From: Octopus sinensis
Lineage: Eukaryota
Length of the DNA: 64,000 nt
NCBI RefSeq assembly: GCF_006345805.1
Contig: NC_043000.1
Location: 64,914,001 to 64,978,000, forward strand
Reading direction: 5' to 3'
Shown: positions 1-13,180 of the stretch, one piece after another
Numbering within the stretch: the stretch's first letter is position 1
Layout: the number at the start of each line of letters is the position of its first letter
Translations under genes and position numbers: made by a program
The notes under the pieces: generated by a model
Told to the model about the DNA's origin: nothing
Seen by the model: only the letters and a program-made list of their open reading frames with translations
Databases searched by the model: none

Positions 1-469
1 ATAATAATAGAATATTACATATTTATTGTGATAAAACTAGTACTTTCATGCATTGTGCAGTCATCAGGTGTATGTAGTAGTAGTAGTGACAGTCATGTTC
101 CACATGTTTATTCTCTCCACCACCAGCACTTGACAATCAGAGTTGGCTTATTACCTATAACCTAATGGTTTGGCAAAGAACTGGGGTTGATTTGTTTCAC
201 CAAACCCTTCAGTGCAGTGTTGCATAGCAATAGTCCAATGCCTGAAGCAACTAAAAAAAATAGATAAAACGATACACATGTCAATAAGGGAGCAGCTACC
301 TGGTCACTTGACATGATGGGACTAGTTGTCATATCCTCAAATCACACTTGATTGTATTTTCAAAAGGAGAGGAAGGTGGGTGGAATAATTGATCTTAGAT
401 GTCTGCTTGGTATAGGTTGACTTAGGGCTGTCAGCAACAAGTTATAATGATGGTGATGATGATGATGAG

Positions 470-790
470 GAATGGGTGGAGGAGGAGAGAGGGTTAAGCT
501 GAAAGAGGCTGTTGTGGTAGAGAAGGAGAAGGGAAAAAGAAGGAGGATGAAGAAAGATATTGAGGAAGATGACAATGTTGGGGAGGAAGAGGAAGAGAAT
601 GTTGGGAGAATGACAACGAGGAGAATATTGAAAAGGAAGATGAAGGAGAGGAATAGGAGAGTTATAAAGAGTAGGAAGAAGAAGAAGAATAATAAGAAGA
701 AGATGAAAAAGAAGAAGAAGAAGAAGAAGAAGAGCATGAAGATGAGGAGAGTGAAGAGGAAGTTGATCCTGGTGATTTGAATAAACAAAA
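470..790. repeat. Purine-rich (GAA/GAG/AAG)n low-complexity tract
   Basis: Visible runs of gaggaa/aagaag; explains ORFs 360..788 and 472..780. Confidence 0.9.
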
Positions 791-1249
791 GTTAAAATTT
801 GCTTCCACTTGATAAATTTTCTTGTATGTTGGTAACTTTATATGAAACTGGAGAAATGCAGTTATTTTATATTGAGAGAGTGAGTGAGGCAGGAGGTAAG
901 AGAGAGGCAGATACAGTTATAGAGGTAGAATGAATTTTATAAAGGTACAGTGACACATGTATAATTTTGAAAGTCTTCTGTTCTCTATGCAAACTTTAGG
1001 ATATCATTAAGGTTGTCTGCCTTATGAATGAGTCAATATATATATAGTAGTTATTTTATAGAGCAGACTTTGGCAATAAATATACATCATCATCATCAAC
1101 TAGAGCAATTTATGTTTGCTTTTCTGTGCAGAGATGGGGTTTTTATTTTTTTTTTTAGGAAGTGTTTTATAACAGGATTCCCTACTAGTTGCCAACCCTG
1201 TTAGTCACTCCTGATAATGCACAGGGATATAGTGTATCTTTTCAAAATG

Positions 1250-1660
1250 CAAAATACATCATCAACCATGTACCCTCCCTATATTCAGGGGTTGACTTGC
1301 CAAGACTCTGCAGTTCCTTCTGTGCTGTGCTGCATGCAATTATCTAGGCTCTTGTTTCTGGTTCATTCTTTGATGTCTTTGACACACATCCTTCTCTCTT
1401 CCCTTCCACTATTCCTGTCAGGATGATCTTGGGCCACAATGACTCATGGTGCATCATCTGTCCAAAATATGATAGCTTTGTGGACTCAAAAATAGGTGTC
1501 TTTGGATTTTCAACTTTTCTAGTACTGCAGCATTTTTTAACCTGTCTTTCCAGGTTATTCTACCCAATGTACAAAAGATTCACATTTCAAAGTCATCTGT
1601 ACTCTTCCTCTTTTCCATTGCTCTGTACATTCACAACATTTCTGTTCCATAGAGACACTT
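1250..1660 (-). mobile_element. Decayed RTE-clade LINE, ORF2 C-terminal fragment
   Basis: Minus strand ~1385-1452 reads MHHESLWPKIILTGIVEGKREG, like the RTE C-terminal motif RHDSLxKTILxGxVEGKRRRG. Confidence 0.6.
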
Positions 1661-1819
1661 AGCAAGATACATATGATAAAATAAATACAAATATATATAT
1701 ATAAATTCTTAATATTATCATGAAATTAAATTCTATATGATTAATCATCAACTTAATATCTATTTCTCTGTGTATTTGTGTTCAATCTGAATGAGTCTGA
1801 ATTACAGTGTTTATATCTT

Positions 1820-2380
1820 TACCAATAAGGTATTAAGAGTGTATAGATGTTTCGCAGGTAAAGTATTATTCTATAGTATCAAAGAGTACAGGTAAGATAA
1901 TTATGGAATTGTTATGTACAGATAATCTGTTAGAGTGTTTAGATGTGTGAAGATATGGCATTATATGAAAGCATTAGCTGATATAAATGTGTACAGATAA
2001 GGCATTAGATGGTGTAACTGTGTACATATAAGGCATTAGATTATACAGATCTGTACAGATAAATTAGAGCAAATAGATATGTACAGATAAGTCTTCAGTA
2101 TGTGTAGATGTGTACTAATAAGATATTAATTAGTATGGATATATACAAATAAGGTATTAAAATATATAGAAATGTACAGACAGCCATCAGAATGAATAGA
2201 TGTTAATAGTTAAGGCATTACATGGTGTGTATGTATATTGATGAGTTATTAGTATGTGCAGATGTATACTAATGAGACAGTTGAGTGTAAAGTTGGAAAC
2301 ATTTAAGGTATCAGATAGTGTGCATGTGTAAAGATGTGCCCAGTTTAGTAATTAAAGAATATAAATGTATACAATTTTGT
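1820..2380. repeat. Degenerate ~30-bp minisatellite (consensus like GTGTATAGATGTGTACAGATAAGGCATTAGA)
   Basis: Recurrent tgtacagataaggcattaga variants at ~30-bp spacing, about 18 units. Confidence 0.75.
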
Positions 2381-2583
2381 TTGCATTAAGTGTAAAAATG
2401 ATGGAAAGGAAAAAAAGATAGTAAAAATGGTGTTATAATGTGTAATAGTAAAATGATAATAATCAAGAATAATTGCCGACAATTAAATACAGTTTTTAAA
2501 TCTGAAGATTTGACAATTAAAACCACCTTCCTAAATCTAATAAATCTAGCTGCAAAGACTTACTAACTTTACCAAAAACTTCT

Positions 2584-2802
2584 TTAACCTTTTAGCATTC
2601 AGATTACTTGGTCAAATGTAATGCTTATTAACTCACATTATTTTGAATATTCATCCCTTACTTGTAGCTCTTAAATTTCAATGATATGATTGTATATCAT
2701 AAGAATGACATTGTAGGGTAGGTGTAAGAAGTGAGATCTGGCAAGTTGGAGCATAAAATTGAATATCCAGGCCAGATATGGCCAGTTTAAATATTAAAGC
2801 CC
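2584..2802 (+). mobile_element. piggyBac-type MITE (TTAA-CCCTTTAGCATT TIR), copy 1, right end decayed
   Basis: ttaaccttttagcattc start; body homologous to the copies at 2986 and 3274. Confidence 0.7.
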
Positions 2803-2985
2803 TTTTGTGACTATATTTCAAATAAAATACATTACCTACATTTTAGTTAATTTTGAAAATAATAGTAAATTTGGAAGGGTTTATTAAAATAAGTTGCATT
2901 TCTTGCTAAGCCAGTTATAAGAATATGACCTATGAAGAGGTTATTACATTAAATTATGATAGGTTTTAATTTAATTATAAACTAG

Positions 2986-3204
2986 TTAACCCTTTAGCAT
3001 TTAAACTGGCTGTATCTGGCCAAAGTATTCTCTCTCCTTTATTTTCAAACTGGCCAGATCCAGTCTCTCACACTTACCCTACAAGCTTATTTTAAAAATA
3101 AAAAAAAATCAATGATCAAAATCTCAAAGCTATGAAATAATGCACGATTAATTCAAAAGCAATATGAATAAATAAGCATTACTTTTAGAATGCTAAAGAG
3201 TTAA
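2986..3204 (-). mobile_element. piggyBac-type MITE, copy 2 (inverted)
   Basis: ttaaccctttagcatt ... aatgctaaagagttaa: TIRs with TTAA at both ends. Confidence 0.8.
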
Positions 3205-3273
3205 AGTTGGAAGTTTTTGTATCATTGAATCAGAGATGGTCTCTGTTGGGTTGGTGTCAAAATGGTTAGAATA

Positions 3274-3501
3274 TGAACCCTTTAGCATTCTGATTTTTTT
3301 GTCAAATGTATTGCTTATTTATTCACATTTCTTTGAATTAATCTCGCATTATTTTGTAGCTTCAAGATTTCAATGATGTGTTTGTATATTTTGAGAAAGA
3401 CATTGTAGGATAGGTGTGAGAAGTTGGATTTGGTCAGTTTTAACATAAAACAGGTAGAATATTTGGGCCAGATATGGCTGGATTAAATGCTAAAGGGTTA
3501 T
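3274..3501 (+). mobile_element. piggyBac-type MITE, copy 3
   Basis: aaccctttagcattc ... aatgctaaagggtta TIRs; same body as copy 1. Confidence 0.8.
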
Positions 3502-3957
3502 AATTGTGGAAATTTTCTTCAATGGTGAACTGTATGCCTTTGAAAACTTTCATTGCAAGTATTTACAACAATTTCTAATTAGAATAATTAATAATTTTGA
3601 TAAGTGAAAATAATAATTATTGAGGTGAGTTGGGTTGGTGGAGCTGGATATGGTTGTGTGTAATGTGTCTTGATGAGAGTTTTAATAAAAGCTTTACTTA
3701 TGAAAATGCTGATGTAAAGTTATTCTTCCCCTTATAGTAAGATTATAAGATCTTAACAAGCTGATTCCAAAATCTAAGTTTCAATTTCCAGTTGGACACA
3801 TCTTGCTTAATTTGCATCTTCAGAGCCCTGGGTAATGTTGCAACTTTGCAATTTCCTAGTATGAATATCTCAGATTCTCACACCTCTATAAGAAATATTA
3901 TTAAGACAAATTACATTCACTTGTTCGGATGTATGTAGATCAGTGATGTTGACTCAC

Positions 3958-4028
3958 CATAATCTAATAAAATACATGTGATTTTGAGTGATTTTGCTGA
4001 ATTCTAGTATAGTGGTGTGTATTTAAAG
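3958..4028 (-). other. Candidate 71-nt 5'-UTR exon ending in ATG
   Basis: Minus strand: tgtcaatcctttctttAG|...attATG|GTGAGT; all frames are closed before the ATG. Confidence 0.2.
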
Positions 4029-5481
4029 CTAAAGAAAGGATTGACACAAACATTAAAGTATTGTAATTTATTGTAGGTCTTAATAAACATAAGCTGGTAA
4101 AATACCAGCCTACTTAGTAAATGTCCATAAGCTGGACAGTTATCTTAGTATTACTGCTTCTACAACTAGCATCAGTATATTCCTTCTCCATGGCCATGTA
4201 ATCATCAGCACTCACATCCGTGTATTATCCCACTACTATCATTATCACAACCAACCATCGTTACTACTGTCACTACTACCATCATTATTGCTATTCAAGG
4301 CAGCTGTTACTTGAAGATTCTTCTCCTCCTTTCACTCCATCTACTTCTCTTCATTCTTCCTTTTCCTTGCTCATCTCTTCTCTCTCTTGCACTATCCCAA
4401 ACTTTCTCTTTTTCCCTAGGTATTTCTTTTCTTCTCTCTTTTCTTAATTCTGCTACTACTGCTGCTGCTACTCTCTATAATCTGCTGCCTGCCACTGTAC
4501 TCTTCTGAACTACACAGAATTGTTCATGCTTCCCTCTGTGGATGCTATTTGGAGCTCTTTGAGAAACCTTATTGAAAGGAGCATTATAACTGGCTACTGG
4601 GAAAGTAAGTAAATAATTTCTATCTCCCCACCCTTGCTTCAGCAAAATCTTCTCCACATCTTTCTGTTGAACCCCTCAATATTCCTTCTCAACAGTCTCT
4701 CTCGCTTGTTAATGCTCTTAGTGCCTTTCACTAAACAGAGCTAAACTCCAGTGGAGATAGATAAACTACTGTTGAGAACGTGCTTCATTCATTACCTTTT
4801 GCCTGTAGCAACAGGTATCCATCATTAAAAAAAAGAAAAGTCAATCAGATAAAAGACAATTTATTCAAATGTAAGCAAATTTAAATATTTTTTCCTTTTT
4901 ATTCTTCAATTTGCTTTAAAATATTTATTTCATTCTATCATATATTTTCTCTTTGTTATTCTTTCTATTTGTCTGGGTGACAACTTTCCATTCCTTTCAT
5001 GTTTCTTATCTCATAAAGTGAACATGGTCTTTGATTCTGCACCAACATTTCATATTTTCTCAAATCATTTCCAATTTTTTGTCCATTTTATATAAAATGC
5101 TTAATTTCTCTCTGTCTCCCATTTAAAAAAAAAATTATGTTTTTGTTTAACATTGTCTAGAATTATCTATTTATTCTTCTCATATTAGATCTTAAATCCA
5201 AACATATTAGCCTGTTTACCAATTCCAGTTTGATAAAAATCTATACATGTTCTTTATACAAAACTAAAGAAATGATAAAAGATGGTAAAAAATTATTTAA
5301 GAAATAGCAAAAGATTATTTTAAATTCAACAAAGGTGAATTTTGTTCTTACTGACTACATTATTCTGTTTTTATCTTCTTCATCACTGAGCCTTTATTAC
5401 TTACTAGCTGGGCCCTTACTGTTTTGTTAAAGAGTCCCTTCACTGTTTGTAGCAAAAGGAAACAATCATTACCATAAAACA

Positions 5482-5582
5482 GAAGGGGGCAATATTCTTT
5501 CAAACAACTTCCAATTCAATAGAAAGGGGGCAATATTCTTCCAGGCTGCTGCCTTAAAATGGAAAGGGGGCAATATTCTTCC
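5482..5582. repeat. Three copies of GAAAGGGGGCAATATTCTTCC at 40-bp period with unrelated spacers
   Basis: Copies at 5482, 5522 and 5562. Confidence 0.85.
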
Positions 5583-6284
5583 TGTTCATCAAATGTAAAC
5601 TACTTAGGCAAATAAATTGTCACTACAAGAATAAGCAGATCCTTCAATATATTTCCTGATTAGAGTTGTCTAATTTATATAATTAGTTGACAGATGATAT
5701 TCTTTGTCATTGTTTCCTACTGTGCTTAGTTGAAAAGGGACCAGTAGGAAATTTCATAATCCACAATTAAAAAGTTTTTTTTTTTCCTTCTCTCAGTGTC
5801 ATTACTTTAATATTTAAAAAAAAAACAAATTTTAACTCAAAATTTTAATGAAAGATTTAATTGCATTTTTTTTTTCAGGAAAAGATTTTTAGTTATGTTT
5901 TCTATTTTATTGTATGTTATAAAGAACTTTTTTTTAGAATCAACTAATTAAATGACACTTCAAGTATTCATTTCTTTTTACATATGGTTATCATTTTGAT
6001 AGATATAGATCTGAAACTACAATTATAACAATGGAAATGTCATTTTCTTTACACATTCAGCTGTTTTATCATTATATGTAGCACTAATTTCTTTCTCTGT
6101 TCATATACTGTAATCTTTTAAAACTATGTATTGTTTTGATTTCACTCAAAAGAGGAGTTTTTAAAACACAACACAGCATATATGATAGTATTTCAATATT
6201 CATATAATCATTGGAGTTTACTTTTATATACAATTTTGTTTCCTTGTGTATATATGTTTAAAACTTTATATCAAAATTCTCTTG

Positions 6285-6354
6285 ACTACACACACACATG
6301 CACGCGCATGCACACCACACACACACACACACACACACACAGAAATATATATAT

Positions 6355-6427
<73 letters not shown>

Positions 6428-6459
6428 GGTGAGAGGGAGTGAGCGAAAAAGAGAAATAT

Positions 6460-6555
<96 letters not shown>
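6285..6555. repeat. Compound (CA)n/(TA)n/(GA)n microsatellite
   Basis: Directly visible. Confidence 0.95.
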
Positions 6556-6556
<1 letters not shown>

Positions 6557-7154
6557 TCTATAGGATAGTGTCTTAAATCTAGTAAAGCAGTCACTGTTTA
6601 AATGGTGTGATATCCATTGAAGAGTGGAATTTTTATTATGATTCTAAATTAACAGTGTTTAAGCATGCTAAGATATTCTTATTTTTTCACACATTTCTTC
6701 AGAAATAGAGAACAATAGAGTGTGGAACAATAGATTAGTAAAAAGATATCTGCTAGCATCAACAAAAATGGCATTGCTACTGCTGAAGCAGCAGAAGACT
6801 GGAACAGGACAGTTAGATCTGCTTGGTCTGCTGCTGAAAACACTAAATAGTATTGATGATATTTTACAGAGTTGACAAAGATGACTGCTGATGGCAAAAT
6901 GATATTCTAAAGACATTTCCAGTAAAATGCAAAAGTCAGCAGTCTATTGCTGTCTGTTGTGTTCATCAATATGCTTGAGTTACTTAGCAAATATTGATAT
7001 CTTTTAGATTGTCTCCTTACCAAATTTCTTTCCTTTTCTATCTATTGCCACCACATTATTCTTTTAGGCTTCCTATTTTTCTTTCCTGCCTTTCTTTGTT
7101 TCCTCTCTTACAGATTCAAATGTGATTTTAGCTTGGGATGCCATAGGAATAAAT

Positions 7155-7222
7155 TTCAAACACACACACACACACAGGCACGCATGCACACACACACATA
7201 CACACGCACATATACACGCGTG

Positions 7223-7259
<37 letters not shown>

Positions 7260-7310
7260 CTATATATACACACACACACATATATATGCATACACACACA
7301 TATACATATG

Positions 7311-7354
<44 letters not shown>

Positions 7355-7719
7355 TATGTGCATACATATATATATGTATACATATACAAGTGAGTGGACA
7401 ATGAAAGAAGGGCGCTCACAATAAATTTTGAGCCATATATGTATATATATAATGTGTGTATATATATACATATATATATATTATATGTATATGTATATGT
7501 ATGTATTTTATATATCTGTATCTATATATATGTATGTATATATGTGCCTATTTAAACATATGTATGAATATATGTGCCTATATATATGTTATATGTATAT
7601 ATATAGGTGTGTGTGTATATATATATATATATGTGTGTGTGTATATATATATATGTACATATGTATATGTATATATTAATATATATATATATATAATCTA
7701 TATATATATATATGTGTAC

Positions 7720-7763
<44 letters not shown>

Positions 7764-7768
7764 ACATG

Positions 7769-7811
<43 letters not shown>

Positions 7812-7968
7812 ACATATGTATTGTATATATATATATATATATATCTATTATATATATATATATATATATGAATTTAGTTCATATGACAACCCATATATAT
7901 ATACATATACAGTCCAACCCATGCTAGCATGGAAAACGGACTCTAAATGATGATGATGATGATATATA

Positions 7969-8020
<52 letters not shown>

Positions 8021-8103
8021 CACATATATATATATATACATATACACATATATATATGTATATATATATATACATACATACCATACACACATACATACAT
8101 ACA

Positions 8104-8135
<32 letters not shown>

Positions 8136-8170
8136 ATATATATATATTTATATATATATATGTATGTCTG
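7155..8170. repeat. Long compound (CA)/(TA)/(TG)/(TACA) microsatellite with a short RTE 3' tail at ~7910-7963
   Basis: Directly visible; agtccaacccatgctagcatggaaaacggactctaaatgatgatg embedded. Confidence 0.95.
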
Positions 8171-8339
8171 TATTTATTTATTTATTTATTAGGAGAAATA
8201 ATTCTTAGTCTTGCTATTTGTCGATTTATTTAGGTAATTCTAATGCAAGATTATTACTTGTTTGTTGAAATGCCTGGCATATCTTAAAGCTCAGCACAAA
8301 TTATATTTGAAAATAATTAGTGTCTATTCAACATGACAC

Positions 8340-9110
8340 TGCCGTTGTCGTTGTCGCTGCCGCCACATGTTAGGTTTATGACTATGGTAATGCTGATGAG
8401 GATGCAGGCGGTAATGGTGGCGAGAGAATGATAATGATGGTTAATCATGGTAGGCTATCATCTCTGCCACCACCACCACCACCACCAACACCACAGCCAT
8501 TTCAGTGAAGACGACTATGATGATGATGATGATGTGAAACACTGGTGATGGTTTGGGAGTTAGATGAAATAAAATGATGATGATGATGATGATGATGTTA
8601 ATGACAGTAATTGTGATGTGATGATGATCATAATTCAATGGGTATTGGGGTTCTGGTAGGGTCGATGGCAGTAATGGTATTCTTGGTAATGAAGGCGGTG
8701 ATGATGGTGAGAGTTGTTGTAGTGATGATGGTGGTGGCAGTGAGGATAATTGTGGTGGAGGTAGGTGGTGGTAGTGGTTGTGTTTATGGTTTTAGTAAGA
8801 TTGATGGTGGTGGTGGTGGTGGTGGTGGTGGTGGTGTTGGAATTCATGAAGATAGTTTTGGCAGGCTGAGTTTGGTGAGTTTGGGTTGAGGTAGAGTTAG
8901 TGGTGGTCAAGGTGGTAGAAGTGGTGGCGGTGTTAGGGTTGATTATAGTGGGTGGTTACTGATGGAGGAGGTGGGAAGATGGTTGTGGTAGCAATGATTG
9001 TAGTAATGGTGGCAGTGGTGGTGGTGGTGGTGGTGATGATAGTTGTGTTAGGATTGATGGTTGTTGCCATTATATTAGTAGCAGTGGCAGTTATGGAGAT
9101 GATTAATTAA
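8340..9110. repeat. (GGT)n/(GAT)n triplet low-complexity region
   Basis: Directly visible. Confidence 0.9.
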
Positions 9111-9286
9111 AAAATTAACACACTCATACAGACAGACAGACACATACATGCACATATATATGTGTGTGTGTATCATATGTATATGTACCATCATCATTTA
9201 ACGTCTGCCTTCCATGCTGGCATGGGTGGGTACCATATATGTATGTACCATATATTATGTATGTACCATATATATAAATATGTGTA

Positions 9287-9327
<41 letters not shown>

Positions 9328-9332
9328 ACATA

Positions 9333-9422
<90 letters not shown>

Positions 9423-9423
<1 letters not shown>

Positions 9424-9605
9424 GCATAGGAGTGGCTGTGTGGTAGATATGTACATCCCTGTAACGTAGTAGTTCGACAAAAAGCGACCAATAGAATGAG
9501 TACTAGGCTTGCAAAGAATAAGTTCTGGGGTCAATTTGTTCAACTAAAGGTGGTGCTCCAACATGGCAGTTGTCAAATGACTGAAATAAATAACAGAATA
9601 AAAGG
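9423..9605 (+). mobile_element. tRNA-derived SINE family A, internally deleted copy
   Basis: Head ggcataggagtggctgtgtggta joined directly to the 3' half ending ...atgactgaaataa. Confidence 0.75.
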
Positions 9606-9719
9606 AGAAAAAGAAAATATGTACCATATATATGTATATATATATATATATGTAGGTCCCGGGTTGAGTCGGGGTTAACCACAGTAAATAAGGTACTCAA
9701 TACATAGCAGAGTAAATTA

Positions 9720-9850
9720 ATTTATTTTATAGAAGAGCTTCTACAGGACTAGAACTGTTTCATTCAAAAGAAATCATCAGGAAGCTTCCTGATGATTTCT
9801 TTTGAATGAAACAGTTCTAGTCCTGTAGAAGCTCCTTCTATAAAATAAAT
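9720..9850. repeat. 131-bp spacer-less palindrome (head-to-head PLE-like terminus)
   Basis: Arms 9720-9784 and 9785-9850 are reverse complements apart from one G indel; centre AAGCTT. Confidence 0.95.
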
Positions 9851-9866
9851 ATATATATATATATAC

Positions 9867-10205
9867 CGCATGGCTCAGTGGTTAGAGCGTCGAGCTTACG
9901 ATCGTGAGGTTGTGAGCTCGAATCCCGGACCGGGCTGCGTGTTGTGTTCTCGTGCAAGGCACTTTATTTCACGTTGCTCCAGTTCACTCAGCTGTAGAAA
10001 TGAGTTGCGACGTCACTGGTGCCAAGCTGTATCGACCTTTGTCTTTCCCTTGGATAACACTGGTGGCGTGGAGAGGGGAGGCTGGTATGCATGGGCGACT
10101 GCTGGCCTTCCATAAAAACAACCTTGCCCAGACTTGTGTCTAGGAGGGTAACTTTCTAGGTGCAATCCCATGGTCATTCATGACCGAAGGGGGTCTTTAC
10201 CCTTA
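9867..10205 (+). mobile_element. Young tRNA-derived SINE family C with CORE-like central domain
   Basis: A box tggctcagtggttagagc, B box gagctcgaatccc, then gcaaggcactttatttcacgttgctccagttcactcagctgt; many CpGs retained. Confidence 0.85.
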
Positions 10206-10226
10206 CCATATGGTATATATATATAT

Positions 10227-10274
<48 letters not shown>

Positions 10275-10892
10275 ATATATATATACCATATATATATATA
10301 TATATGAGTTAAATGCACAAACAATGAGAGAAAAAAATGGAAAACAGGACAAGTGACACAAAGAAAAACCCTTCATCAGTTGTCAGCTGTCTATCTATTC
10401 CTCATTTCGAGCATTGAATGAAATATGAATCTTCAAAGACAGTTGCTCCCATAAATACCAAAATAACATTTTGGATTTATGGAGGGTCAAAGTTAGGAAC
10501 AAAACAGGACAGTGGAGACATACAAGGAAACCAAACGAAAACAAACATGGAGGGTCATTAGAACAGAACGAGGGTAAAATAACGAACACTGGCGAATATA
10601 CATATATATACCATATATATATATATGTGTTTGTGTTCCATATTAAAAAAATATTGAAATAGAAATATTAAAAACAAAATCGGCTTTTGAAATAACGGCT
10701 CACTCAGAACTGACAATTTGAAAAAGAAAAATAACTAAATAAATAGTTTTCAGAACACCACTCCTTCCACATATTCCGGGAAGTCAACTAGGAAATACAA
10801 GAGAGGCTTCTAAGTAGTTGTAATTAAGGGTAACAAATAAACAAGTGGCTTTAAAAGTTTGTTTTTAATGGCTCAAGATATTAAATTTAGGG

Positions 10893-11290
10893 TGTGGACA
10901 TGGCTGCATGGTAAAAAGTTTGCTTCCCAACCATAGGATTTCAGTTTAGGTCCTTCTATATGGCACCTAGAGCAAGTGTCTTTTGCCATAGCCTTGGACT
11001 GAACAAAGCTTTGTGAGTAGATTTGGTAGATGGAAACTGAAAGAAGTCTCTCATGTATGTGTATGTATAATATATATATATGACAAATCTTTTTATGAGT
11101 GTATGTGTATATCTTTGGGTCTGTGTTCATTCCCCAGTATGGCTTGACAACTGGTACTGGTGTGTTTATGTCCCTGTAATTTAACAGTGCAGTATAAGAT
11201 ACCAAGAGAATAAGTAACAGGCTTAAAAAAAATGTAATGGTGTCAATTTGTCAATATATTTGACTAAAATTCTTCAAGGTGAAGACTAAA
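10893..11290 (+). mobile_element. SINE family A copy
   Basis: ggctgcatggtaaaaagtttgcttcccaacca... ggtagatggaaactgaaagaag... aattcttcaaggtg. Confidence 0.8.
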
Positions 11291-11374
11291 ATTCTTTATA
11301 TTTTTACTATGGACCTGGGCAAGCTAAAGCCTTGTGAATAGATTTGGTTGATGGAGACTGAAAGAAGCCAGTCA

Positions 11375-11575
11375 TGTATGTATGTATGTATGTATGTATG
11401 TATGTATGTATGTATGTATGTATGTATGTATGTATGTGTGTGTGTACGTATGTATGTATGTATGTATGTATGTATGTATGTATGTATGTATGTATGTATG
11501 TGTGTATGTATGTATGTGTGTGTATGTGTGTGTGCGTGCATGTGTGCATGTGTGTGTGTGTGTGTGTGTGTCCTT
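11375..11575. repeat. (TATG)n/(TG)n microsatellite expanded from a SINE A middle region
   Basis: Follows gactgaaagaagccagtca. Confidence 0.9.
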
Positions 11576-12246
11576 GTTTTGACACTATGTGATAATTGCA
11601 AAATGATAGTCACTGTCATACAAATGTTCTTTGTCTCATCTGTAAAAAAAAGCATGTCCAGCAATGGAGAAATATTGCCTGGTTTGGAAAACAGGTGAAG
11701 GGTGACAACAGAATGGACATCTGGCCATAAAAAATCTGCTTCAATAAACTCCATCTGACATAGAAAAGTAGACATTACAATGATGATAATTATAAAGACA
11801 GCCTAACTCCCAGCTTGTTTGTGCTGGTCAACTTAAGGTTAATATTTATTTCCAACTTTCTGTTTGAGGAAAATCAAAATCATGGTGATAAAATGAGTGC
11901 CAGGAAGACAAAAGAGTTAGATTGACAGATTGAATCTAATTGTATGTAATAAGAAAGAAGAATCTGGTGGCAAGAATAAAAAAGAGTAAAATGACTATTT
12001 GCTTAGATGTGGCATCTTGGGCATGTGTCTTCTACTATAGCCCTGGGCCAATCAAAGCCTTGTGAGTAGATTTGGTAGACTGGAACTGAAAGAAGCCTGG
12101 CATTAGCCGAAATTGCGAGGATGATCCGGTTCTTGACTGAAGATTAGAGGCTTCGAATGACCCGTCCGTTTTTTGTATCGTCTATTTGAATGTTTTGCGT
12201 TCTTGTCCCATTTTGTATTTTTATATATATTTTTATATATATTTTT

Positions 12247-12290
<44 letters not shown>

Positions 12291-12806
12291 CATATATGTG
12301 TGTGTGTGTGTGTGTGTGCATGTATATTTTAATGTGTGTCTTTGTGTCTGTGGTATGTTTGTCCTCCACCACTGCTTCACAACTGCTGCTGGTTTGTTTA
12401 CATCCCTGTAACTTAGTGGTTTAGACAAAAGAGATAGAGAGAATAAGTTCAAGCACGGTCACAGGGTCACAGTCCAATGACTGAAACAAGTAAAATATAT
12501 GCATATGCATGTGTGCATACGTGTGATGTATTTATGTATGGTATATTATTTAGTAGTTGCAAAGCTATGTAAATGCCACAGAGACTTAAGGATCATGCCA
12601 AAGAACTGGCCAAAGTTTTGATGATTACTTTGGCATAAAACTGTGTCATGTATGCAAACATCATAGCAAATAAATAACATATATCCCTGATTTATATCTT
12701 GAGTTTCTTCTTTTATATATACATATACATAACTTACATACATATGTGTTATATATATATATATATGCATATGTAATTTATATATATCTCATATATATAT
12801 ATATAC

Positions 12807-13180
12807 AGGCACAGGCGTGGCTGTATAGTAAGAAGCTTGCTTCCCAACCACATGGTTCTGAGTTCAGTCCTGTTGTGTGGCACCTTGGGCAAGTGTCTTC
12901 TACTATAGCCTTGGGCCAACCGAAGCCTTGTGAGTGGATTTGGTTGATAGAAACTGAAAGAAGCCCGTCGTATATACATATACATATATATTTGTGCATC
13001 TGTGTTTGTTCCCCCAACCATTGCTTGACAACTGATGTTGGAGTGTTGCAGTTTGGCAGAAGAGACCGATAGAATAAGTACTAGGCTTACAAAGAATAAG
13101 TCCTGGGTGTGATATGCTCGACTAAAGGCAGTACTCAAGCATGGCGACAGTCAAATGATTGAAACAAGTAAAAGAATGAA
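12807..13180 (+). mobile_element. SINE family A, full length
   Basis: aggcacaggcgtggctg...gttcagtcc...ccttgggcaagtgtcttctactatagcc...gaaacaagtaaaaga. Confidence 0.9.

Noticed and set aside
30-70. Hammerhead-like CTGATGA-ctgca/tgcat-GAAA on the minus strand
   Set aside because: No helix I partner and no clear GUH triplet
360-788. ORFs of 142 aa and 102 aa
   Set aside because: Low-complexity purine tract read on either strand
5482-5582. CRISPR-like repeat-spacer array
   Set aside because: Eukaryotic context, only three repeats, spacers too short and no cas genes
6703-6875. 57-codon open frame after a strong plus-strand acceptor (EIENNRVWNNRLVKRYLL...)
   Set aside because: No recognisable homology; another frame resembles a decayed LINE 3' end
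9867-9940. tRNA gene (also at 32245-32320)
   Set aside because: No acceptor-stem pairing; the tRNA-like head runs straight into a SINE body
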